64,000 nt of DNA from Ophelia neglecta (taxonomy: Eukaryota), in NCBI GenBank assembly GCA_965285935.1, contig OZ260661.1:47740001-47804000 (forward strand), read 5' to 3'. Positions 13,501 to 25,500 of this stretch are shown here, piece after piece. A program made the position numbers and the translations under genes. Below the pieces are notes generated by a model. That model did not search any database. It had not been told where the DNA came from and worked only from the letters and a program-made list of their open reading frames with translations. Position 1 is the stretch's first letter, and each line of letters begins with the position of its first letter.

Positions 13501-16500
13501 ACAGTGTCATGAAATATTTCAAAATATCAGTGTTTGGGAGCAATTCTAATATATAAACCAGTGATTCTGGGCCCACTTGGGGAAGCTTTGTCACATAATT
13601 GCAGATAAAGCTTTACCAGAAAGAATGTTCAAATATGGCAATAATAGGTAACTCTATCATGAAAGTTTACTGAATCACACATATAGGACTAGCATTTTTA
13701 TTAGGTCTGAAGGATGGAAATTTAGAAATATCTACAAGTCTCTGATTCTACTTGAGATTAAGACACACTCATAATACAGAAAGGCATTATAAGATCCTGA
13801 CTTGCCTTTTATGACCCCAATGCACCCTCACCCCCAGCCCACCCCCAATCCCACCCAGATCTGCACACCCTCATCCCCTCCCCTTAACCTCGGGCCAGGG
13901 GCTGAAATTATTAGTGAACAGTAGATAGGAGCCAGGTATCCATGTACCCATAGGATACTCCTGGCAGCTGTTGCTTTTCCAGAGGCAGGCATGCATGTTC
14001 CATTCATGATTGTACCATGAATCCAATGGTGCCTTCAACCATGAAGACAATGACAAATTCCATGAATCATTGGAGGAGAACTTGATCAAGGAAATGCATG
14101 AAAATATGCACATGTAACAACTTAGTCTTAAATGTTCATAAGAAGGGAATTGGATAAAAAAAAACTGTACTTAGGAAATCATACAAGGGTTATAATGCCT
14201 AGACCCCCATCCACCCCCCAGTAGATTTATATTGGATAGCTTCTTCAATTCAAACAAAAAACACAATGAGTTTTATCCTGGTGTTTAATGAGTCTCACAA
14301 TAGGCTCCTCCTCTCTGAATAATCATAATGAGCTTCAGCAACTGGCCTGGAACTGTCAATAACACCAGAGTCCCATAACCCACATACCACTTACAGCACG
14401 GAGGGCAAGCCTCCAGCAAACAACCTACTGATCTGGGCTAAACCACACTCACTGTCTAAACATGGATCATGTTGATTGTTTAAGATTAAAATACTAGCCA
14501 ATTACAGAACAGTGGATAAATCAACCATCTAATATCAATAGAAAAACGAAGAAAAAGTTTCAGCTTTAATTAAATGTACTAGTAATTCTGTTCTTAAAAG
14601 AGATGTTCCAAAATGTTTCTGCATCATAAAAAAATATGTAAAATATTATAATTTTAAAATCACAGACATCGCAAGATCTGCTTAACAATGGAATCAATAA
14701 AATTCAAATGGTTTCACCGTGGTTAAACATCAAAATTAAACAACAGGCCCAAGCAGCTAGACTGCCAGAAAATACAGAAGAGAGTGTTTATGTGTATCAT
14801 GTGCATCTTGAGAAGGAAACACATTGTCAACTGACCATATCAACTTATAATTCCGATTAATTTTCGGATATATTTAATAATTGTCTGATAAATTAATTAA
14901 AATTATTCTTCACATAATTTGCTTTTGTGTTCAGCAACAATATGATGTGATCTGACAGCCTGGCTTGAAAATTCATAATGAGGAGAGCAGGACCATGTGG
15001 AACAGATCGCAACACTGGCAGAGCATGAAGACAACGGAATGAGGCCGAGTCAAGTTAGGACTGTAGCTGAGGAAATATTGAGACTTTTAATGATATAAGG
15101 GAGGCAAAAACAAGCAATGTTTTAGTCACTTTTATATTGACAATTAAATTCACATCTATTTGATGCTGATTTTCTTTTGAAATTTCAAAGGTAATTAAGT
15201 CAGCTAATTCACATGTACTGTTCAGTGATAGAGAACTAACTAATGTATACAGTTTTTCTTCACCAATTAGGTTTTATTTTTTTTCTTATATTTGTAGCCT
15301 ACACTTTTGAAAGTATTTAGGATGATCAAAAACATTCCTGTTCTGACCAAAAACAAAGATATTATAAATCTCTATAACATAGGGGATTATAAAATTTAAA
15401 ATAATTATTACATTGTTCTAAAAAAACACCACACCAGGGTTATTAAATTGTAATTATTATTACATCAATGAACACTAGCCCTGATCATGGCTAGGGGCGG
15501 ACACTGATCTGTGTACTATGTGACAAATGCCTCTACTAAGGTGTGACCAGCTGCTCACAACCAAAACTAACGGGACTTGGCATTCCTCGAAAGATCATAA
15601 TGAGATGGTTCTGTGGGAGCTGATTGGTCAGAATGTTAGAATACAGGAATGACATCTGCTGATTGGATCGTTATAAGGCCAGGTGACTAATAGAATGGGA
15701 TTTCAATTTCTTGAAATATCATAATGAGCCACTGGGGCACATGAATCATCTATTAAGGGTTGTCATGGAGACAATAAGAGATGGGTGCTGTACTGATTTC
15801 ACAACTAGTTCATAATGAGCCATTCACTGGTCATCTGGAACTTTTGAGAGATTGTGATTGGTCAGTGAATCGTAAAACAGGTGTTGACGATCTGGACTAT
15901 TTCTAACCAAACCACTGCTTTTGGTCTGACCACTCAGTGCCTCATAATGAGATGTTACAGTGTGAAAGAAAATTCTGGTGCCATGTTGGCACCGGCTATA
16001 GAACCAAACAGAGAGGTCCACCTACGTCAGTCACAGCACTGGTTTTACTGGTACCTCCCCCCCCCCCACTACATGTACTGACCACTCATCTATAAGACTG
16101 ACAAAGATAATTTACAGTGAAACCCCTGATTAAAGACCACCCAAAAATGGCCAAAACAGCTCTTTTAGCAAAACAGTTTGCTATACCTGCCATGTATTTC
16201 AACCCCTGATGAGAGACCACCCCTCATATAAGACCACTTATTTAGGGGTCTCGCATGAGGGGTTCCAATGTGCCATGTTCAATCACTATTGATTCTGTCA
16301 GGTGCAATATGCATAAGGACCAAGAAGGCTTAGATTTTTCTCAAAAATTCATAATGAGGTTGTAGACTTGAGGCAGGACCAGTGGCGTTATTTATGTAAG
16401 GATAATACAGTTAAGGAAGTGTTGAGATTAAGTTGAAGTGTCCAAGGAGAGAAAAATGTCAATAGAGTCTGGAGCTTTTTCCACCGGGATGTGGAATGGA

Positions 16501-19500
16501 ACCATTGAAAGAAAACATGGAGGGTAACCTGAAGATATGAGGGTTCTTAAAAAACTTAACATCTCATTGCTTTGCAAATATACAAAGCCATAATATTCAT
16601 TTAAGAATACTAAGTGCATGGCAAACTCTTTCAATGGGGGAAAGGGTGACATTCACAGATTTCTAAATCTATAATACAGAAGAATCCCTCATGACCACCA
16701 TATTGGTGGTCTTAAAAAAGGGATGGTCCCTCTTCAGGTTTCGAAATTCATAGCCGATATAGCAAACTGTTTCACAAAAAAGACAATTTTTGGATGATTT
16801 TTCATAAGGGCTTCCAGTGTGCTTCAATTTTATGTTGACCATATTCACAGGTACATTTTGCAATCATGAATTTTCCTGTTGCAATCATTCCATATTCACA
16901 GGTACATTTTGCAATCATGAATTTTCCTGTTGCAATCACTCCAGATAATACAGTTCATAAAAAAACATGATACCATCTGACAGTAACAAGACTTGGCATT
17001 CCCTGAAATATCATAATGAGGCAGGAAACTGGACAGTGATTGGTCAGAGTTTGATACTCCCAGAATAAAACTTGCTAATTGGTCCATTGACTAGGAAGGT
17101 GGGTCAAGTAACAGAACTGCAATATTCCTTGAAAATTCAGCCCTCTGGCGGTTTAAATCAGTTCCCATTGAGAGGAACCGTCTGCCACTAATACCAGTCA
17201 AGGGGAAAGGCAGGTGTTCAAATTCTAGCTCAATGAACAACAAAAGTTTTTCCCTTTTATTGCCGATTTTAGATACTGGTAAGTTTTCTGTCACATCTGA
17301 AAATAACTTGTACATTAATTTAGCCCAGGAACAAGTTTCTAGACGACCTGTGTGCATTGCTTTATATAATTTTGAAGAAATAGCTTCTTTTCAATAAACC
17401 ATTACATATCCTATCTCAGCATATTTACTCTTTCCTTCCTCTGCGATCAATGCAAGAGCAGTGAGTTACACTTCTTTTGTTGACAATTGACTGGTAGATA
17501 AAGTGAGATTATGCATTTTCTGGAATTTAGTAATTACATGCAATGGATTCAATATGTCTACAGGGGTCTCCAGGTGTTTAAGGGTTAAAGGAGTGATATG
17601 CAGTCAGATATAACTGTGGAGGGCATTAAGGTGGTCAGCAGGGGTAACAAGTGTCACACTCAGTGCCCTGAAGACTAGGCTTCACCAGTCAACCACTGTT
17701 GTTCACTCATCTATAACAATGACAAAACTACATTGATTAAATACATATGTATATACATTGTTCACAGCAAACAAGGTTTTGATTGTGCCATTGTAAATTC
17801 ACAATGAGATTGTGCCAATAGGGTGGTACTTTAAACAATTCCCTCATTGGAACAAACAATATCAGGAGATTCATAGGATGGGTTTATCATCAGACCCAGA
17901 AAAGATGCAGGCACAGTTTGATGCCAAAAAGACAGAGACAACAAATTGGATGACAACAGAAACTTATAAAATGTATACTAATACAATTTTGAATGTCAAA
18001 GAAATGAACAGTTTGAATTTTTTTTAAATAATCCACATTTTTTCCTGGATGAAATTAAGGTAAATTCACAATTGTGAATTCTTACTGCTGCAAACAGATC
18101 AGATTTACAGCACATAATATTAAAAAAACTGACGATAGCAGAAAGTAAGGTACTTGGCACTCCTTGAAAGATCATAATGAGGAAGCAAAATGTGCCTTGA
18201 TTGGTCAGGTTTGATAATCCAGTAATAGGAGTTGCTGATTGGTCCATTGACCAGGCAGGTGTTTCAAGAAATGGGACTGAAAGATTCCTTGAAAAATCAT
18301 AATGAGGCTGGCTAGTGTGTTCCCATTGAGAGGAACCTCGTGGCACGCGCCAACAGCTAGTGACTAGTCATGAGAAAGAACAGATGTTCAGACTTCCAGC
18401 TCAAGGCATTAAATGGTGTTAGTGGGCTACAATCTAGGATCAGGCAGGGTGATATGCATTGAACAAAGTTAGTATACAATGAGGACTTTATAATTGATAC
18501 ACTGGGACTACTGATGAATCCATCAGACCATGACCATGACCATGTCTAAAAGAACATGTGTCTATTGCTAGGACTTATTGGTCTCAGGATCAACCAACTT
18601 ATGGCCTGCACACCAAGACAAGATTCTCCCAAGAAACACCAGAAAGAGGCCACAATGTACATTTCTTCTCAGCACCTTTATTGTTAATTAATCGATTAAA
18701 AGGCAGTTGTCTTAAATAACAATTTGAAATTGTACTACACAATTATGATTACAGAAATTATGAGACTTCTACTGATATTTCTGTATGAGATAATTCTAAT
18801 TGGACACCATAGGTAATACCATACCTACAATTATAACAATGACAAACGAATAGATCCTTTGTAGTGTCCCTCATTATTGTCCCTGCACAATCAAATCAGC
18901 CATGTTGTATTTCCCAGTCATAAGAGTATTGTGATATTGACAATCTGGATGTGTCAACAGGGGGTGTCACATGGCACTCTTGGGACAACCGCTCTTTGTC
19001 TTTTGGTCTGCCGCCAAGAATGAGGGCTCCAATGAGGAATACTTTACCATTACAAGCTATTAAAACAAGCTACTATATAGCTACATCAAAATACATATCT
19101 AGGCAGTAAAAGGTGAGGTTTTTGATATTTTAAATCCTACCTGACATCTTCGTTTTGAATAGAATAGGAACATTTTTTAACAAACCTAACAGTACCTGGG
19201 TACATGTATTCATAAATTTGCATTGTACATGTATAACCAAATTTGCCTCCCCTTTAAGAGTGCAAATGTCACTGCTGCACAAATTGATCATCACATCACT
19301 CAACAGACACCAGCTGCTAGTTTGAATTTGTTTTTATGTGGGAGAAAGTTGCTTAAAAACAATTTAAGCTGTTCAAGAAAAATGGTTAAGATGAAAAAAA
19401 AGTATTTTTTGGCAAAAAAAGCCATGTTGATTTTTGTGACAATAAGCACTCACTAGTTCCTGGTGCCACTTTCCATAGTCCTGTTTGGACATGGGTTTGT

Positions 19501-22500
19501 GAGGGTCTGGAGGGCTGGATCCTGGGAACAGAGGCTCTCCACCAGGCAGGGTCTTCGGTATCTGTAAATAAAAAACAACCTTGTCACATACTGATCATAA
19601 AAGAATTGATTTAGCTCTAAAGCCGATGAAACATGAATGCTTTAAAAGATGGAGTATCATGTGTGCATGTTCATTATTTGTTCAATTACACAGTAATGAT
19701 GAAATTTAGCATAACCAGGAGGATGTTCATCTCTATTACTTCTGTTGACATATAGGTACTGTAGCTACAAAATTAGATTTGTTTTTCAAATTAATATTGG
19801 CTCTCTTAAAATATCAAACATTAGGGCTAATATTGTCAGCCATAAATTATAAATTTAATATAATTATATCTTAAATCTGCTTTATTATAATTCACTGTAT
19901 TCAGTAACAAACAAGTCACCATAACTACTAGAATATCAGGTAGTCTGCCATCATCAGTAACGTCTGCACTATGATCATGCAGTTTTAACCTTAAATCTTT
20001 GGTCTATATGCAGAAGCACGTAGCAAGTCATAGACTGTGGTTCTGTAAATAAATGTGTACCACTTGACAGAATTCCTTTTACATATACAGATTTCATACC
20101 TGTCTATCTTTATAGAAATGCTTGCTAGAAGCATAGCATATTGATATTTCATTTTTTGATTGCTCAGAAAGGACAGATATCTAGTGGAGCTTGTGTGACA
20201 GTTATCATTTAATACTTACACACACACATATATAAGTACATATATGTACATGCATTTGTCAACTACCTGTACCTTATATGAACAATTTATCTAGTTTCCT
20301 ATCAATATGAATATAGAGTTTGTAACATACAACACACTTAATTCACTGCTGATTTATGTGATGGCCCTCAGCTCAGGGTGGAGTGTTCCATCCTAACAAA
20401 AAACTATTTTTGAATGATCAGCTAGACTTTAAAAAAAGGAAAAGTGTCATCTGGAAGGTGTGCATGTTGTTTGGTGTGAACAGAATTTACCCTGTTAAGG
20501 CTTTAGTGTATCTAGGAGGTATAATAGTACTTTTAATATCATGGAATGAAGTTTTATTAATGTTTATCATTACTTTTAGGATATGACCGTGTCGGCTGCT
20601 TCGTCTTGGAGCAGGGGGGCACGCTGAAGAAGATATGGTGTTAGAGAGATGTGGTGAGGGGAGTGATGGTGACAGCAGTGATTCTGAAGGGACTACCACA
20701 ATACAGAGATGTTATAAGACACTAGCCGCCAAACTGATAGCACTATCACAACAGGTAGGGCAAAATGGCAACCGCATTGCAAAGAATTAACCTGTAATTT
20801 GCCTGTATACTGGTACATTTCGGAAGAGAGTTCGCCTTTTGCCTGCAGCCACATAGGCACAGACAGGGCTAAACTACTTCCTGATATGTGTTAACAAGAT
20901 ATAAATGACTAATTTGTAAATTGCGGAGTTTTCCCACATGTTAAGATGTCTCAGCTCCATTATATTACAACTCATATAAATGTATAAGGCTTACATGTAT
21001 AATGAACAATTGTCACACTTAAATTGGTCAATATAGGCCTACTGGTATTTATTATATGTATGGTCCCTTGCCTTCTTGGTATATTCAGTATGAAACAGGC
21101 CTTGGAGCCCCCAACCCCATCCCCCAACCCCCACCCCACTCCACCCTCCAATCCAGCATTTTGTTATCCTATATTCAACCTCTTAATTCAAAATCTATGA
21201 GTAGTTATTAACAAAGCATTCTCAAAGTAACATATATGATATGCAGATCCTTATAAATAAAACTCATAAAAGTAGGCTCATTCATTTCATTATCAATCCC
21301 ATGCATTCCCGTCACACCTAATAGTAAGCTTTCCTCACTACTGAAATTACCAATTATGTCCTAATCTCCATTATAAGCAGAGTTTTTGTCACAATCGGGC
21401 TGCTGTGTGGCAGAGGGCAGAGAATCTTCTAGAGGGTGTGGCTGGAGTGGGGAAAAGCCACTGAAACAACAGCTTAAATTATCGTGTGATACATGGCTGT
21501 TCTCTCCTACAAAAAAGTCAGCAACCATTTCTGGCATAGCCAAAATATTGCTCTTCCAAATCCCCACGGTCTGCTTGGGGAGACTCGTAGTCCTAACCCA
21601 CATCTGTCAACTCTCCTTGGGCTCCCAGCTCATTTTCTTGATAATCGCCATGGAACCTCAAAAACAATTTCCATATATGACATATTGTCTGCATTTCCTT
21701 CTGGCTCACTTGAAATTGGTGAGAAACTGCCACTGTCACTATTCTTTTCTCTGATTTTAACCATTTTGATACTAATAAATCTGGACAACTAAATGTATGC
21801 CATGAATATACTTGCATAGCAGACTACATGCCAGTCTTTTATACTGGGCACTCATACATGTTATACATGAGATTTGTTATGAATGATGGCAAAATGTACC
21901 TGTATACATAAATGTATGTTGAACCTTTATCCCTACATACTGTAAGACTGGTAGTATACCATCTAAAGAGACCTTATATACTCCAAGCCACTGTGTATAT
22001 ACACTACATTCCAGGTATTACCAATTAATTTGAAGTTTGAGGCGTTCATGTATAACAACAGTCACATAATATGGGTTTTAGGTATATCAGAGACTTCAGA
22101 CAAATCTTTGAAGATCATCCATCAATTGGCACAGACATTAAACCGATCTGGAGTTTTCCAGTACCCCTAGTACATGGTCACTAAAAATAACATACATGTA
22201 TGTCAACTTACCAAAAACATTACTGGCCAGTCGTAAATCCTCTTACGATTAGATAATAAACACAAATCAAGAGTCCGGCCTCCACTTTAGTACCCTTAAA
22301 ATGAGATCTAAGATTGATTGGTTTCCCTCCAACTATGTCACAAGCAAAAGTTCTATGATGCAATTTATGTTATATACATGTACCTTATACCTGCAATAAT
22401 AATATCAACTTCAGCCAAAGTGTAGAATGCATGCTTGAACAAAGTTGCCCACATTACAACTTAATGTACTTGGATGTTCATCTTGGCTATACATGTCAAT

Positions 22501-25500
22501 AAAGTTATTTAAAGTTTGTCAAGAAGATTTCTCTTGATAATTCTACTTGTATTGGTCTTCCTCATATGTTTGTTAGTTTTGTTTTCACTTCTGTCCTTGT
22601 GCTATTCACTCTGTATAGTCTGGTTTGTTTACATACTAGTCTTGTGTTAATCTGGCTTTAATAGACACAAACTAACCAAACATTCAAACAAGCAAACACC
22701 AGAGGCACATTCTGTCTACTGATACGGTGAGAGAAAGCCCCACTGACTTTAAATCTTCCCACATATTATTCTCTAAATACACAATCTTATTAATTCATTT
22801 CATACTTTTTTAGTGCCATGTATTCAAACTTTTAATTGCATGCATCTATGGGTGGCCATTCATGGCTAAATTATATGAAATTAAATCTGGGAATTAATAT
22901 ATTTTTAACTTTTGATAATTTTTTTGCTTTAACAATTTGTACATTCTGTTAAGAGCATATACAGGTAGAGGCGGTTGAGTAATATGGCCTTAAATCTTGG
23001 GGAATATCAAGGAATCAGTAAAGCCTTTAGAACAAACCGTGTACTTATACCAGTAGTACAAATGTACAAATGTATATGTATATGTTCATGTATCATGGTA
23101 TAATGATCAAATTCTAAAATCTTTTTACCTTTAATTAAACAGTTACTTTTAAAAACATATATATTATAGAAGTCATTCATAGAGAGAACTAGCCCTTAAA
23201 AAATAGGAAGTGCCACATACATGCCCTGAATAATTTCAGACATAAACAGACAGGTACTTCTGAAGGGAATTTTGCATGCTTAACTAAAGAATTGGTCCAT
23301 TTTTTTGACAGTATTGTATTCATATAGATGACACGTTTATGAAATGACTGAACTTTGTTCATCACCCGCCTTGTTGATTTTGGAGCTTGAGTGAGCAATT
23401 TATTCTCAATTTGACACACTTTGTCAAGCAAATGTCACAGTTATTCAAAAAGATCAATTTCACCAGAGGTCTTATGATATTATAACAAAAGCCAGATTTT
23501 TTTCATTTTTTTTTGGTTTGTAATTTCTTATGAAAATAATTATACAACCTTTCATATATTTTAATTCTATAGGCTAAGAAAAGGTAATGTATGATTGGAT
23601 TGAATCAATGGGTTAAATGAAAGAAAGACAGAATGAACTCACATTAAATCATTTATCGGTACCCGCACCTTTCATTTGGAAGCTCAACAAAGATTATACT
23701 TAAAGAAGGCAAAAAATTATACTATGATTTGAAGTGGGCCCCATTGTCATTATTCTTTTGCTACCTCATATCGCATTTCCTTATAACTGTATGGTTTGTT
23801 GGTATTTTAACCAGACAACCAAAAAGTCAAGGAGCGTGTCATATGTGGCTCTAATAATATAACAGGCTGACTTGTGGAGGCATCGAGCCATGGGTTTTCA
23901 TTGACTGAAGATGTCAGCAGAGATGATTGAACACAATACGCTGAACTTCTACGTCCCTCACAGGTTGTGGATGGTGAATGGGGGATGGAACCAACAGTGT
24001 ACATAATATTATTCGGCCACAATTTATTTGGGTTTAGTGCATAGTGTGGCACATGGCTACTAGTGTTATGTTGGTAATGTGGAATCCCCGTGTGAAATTA
24101 TTGGACTTTAGTCAATCTCCATTATGAAAGCAAAATCAGCAAGCCTACATGCTTTGTAAACCTACTGGCTGTGAAAACTTGACCATTTGATGAAATAGTT
24201 TAATTTGCAGGCAAATCTCATGGTGGGAATTACATTCTTCTTATAGGACCAAAATATCAATTTCCTTTTGGCTGGACATCAGTAACCATGTCGATGATTG
24301 TGCGTTAATGTACAGGATTTTCTCCGGAATTAATTCACTTAATAAGAACTGCTTGTTATGCCAATTAAAACATGGATACCAGACAAATATCCATTGATGT
24401 CTCTTTGGTGGAAGCCATCACTGTTAAGCTGGATAAAAAGGTATTTGTTTTATACTGTACTACTTACAAACATATAGTTTAATCATAAGATGATTATAGA
24501 GAGTACAGCTAGTTAAGAGGACCAGTTATCTGGGCCACCATACCCAATGGGTCTCACATTAATTATTTCACTCTCCGCACATTTCAACACAGTTTTGCTC
24601 TTGTCTTATATGGATTCAATGGCTATACCTGGGGTTAACTAAGATTCTGGTGGCATCCAGCAGGCAAAGGGTTAAAGTGGTATAATGTTAGGGTTAATTG
24701 CCGGTGACCTGAACTAGTGTAGCATGTTAATACACACCCTGATAATAGGTTCACTCTCCGCTTTGTCATTTATAAATACAAGCATCCTCTTTTTTATTTG
24801 CAAGGTAAAATAATCAACTTTCCATTTGTGTTTTCTATATAGCAGAAAACATTAAAATTGGTATCTATATAATGAGGCTGGGAAACTTTATTTAAATTTG
24901 CTAATAATGATTGCAGATATGTATCTTGGTCCTGTTGACAGAGTTGGGCTTTCAATGGATGATTTTAATTATATGAATGAGTTATTTAGTACCAAATAGT
25001 TGAAGTTTTTAAATGGTTAACTCTTCACTACCTTATACTGGGTCTTTCACAAAAAGTTTGCATTGGAAACATTACAAGTCTTAAGTTTTTGTGCTTGTAT
25101 ACTGGAACATAATAAACTGCATCTGTACCTGCCACAATGTCTTTTATCACACAATGTAGTCTAGTGTAAATTGAACCGCCCACATCCTAACTACCACATA
25201 CCACTTGATACAATATAAATATTGCTTTATAGCCAAAATAAATATAACAAAATCAATCTTATTTATAAAAAATGACAAAACATTTTCCTATTCCAAGTAG
25301 AGGTCTTATAGGCATGGAAGTTTTCAGTTGCTGAAAGTAAGCATTACAGTTACAATGTACTCGGAAAAATAACGTTATTAATCTATGAAGGAGAATAATA
25401 TCAATTCTATGAAATAAAATTCACTAAGTCTTAGTGGTTAGGGATTCATGGAATTAGTGTTGGTTGTTGTTTTAACAAAATAGGTTGTGCCTTTAGACAT

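Larger units (their letters stand above)
14323..18306 (+). repeat. Same-orientation array of ten exact TCATAATGAG words in diverged tandem units
   Basis: 10-mer starts at 14323, 14973, 15595, 15719, 15810, 15942, 16349, 17011, 18172, 18297. Three alignable units start at 15575, 16991 and 18152. Confidence 0.9.

Noticed and set aside
14323-18306. CRISPR-like array or intronic box C/D snoRNA cluster
   Set aside because: The context is eukaryotic, the repeats are only 10-22 bp with irregular spacing and there are no cas genes. On the host strand ATTATGA is an imperfect C box with no consistent D box or terminal stem.
20584-20586. In-frame TGA as selenocysteine
   Set aside because: The surrounding gene has many other stops and frameshifts, and I recognised no SECIS element.
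21361-21817. The four overlapping ORFs here as an SDCCAG8 exon or independent genes
   Set aside because: SDCCAG8 exons 4 and 5 join in phase without them; they are better explained as frameshifted pieces of the NACHT relic.
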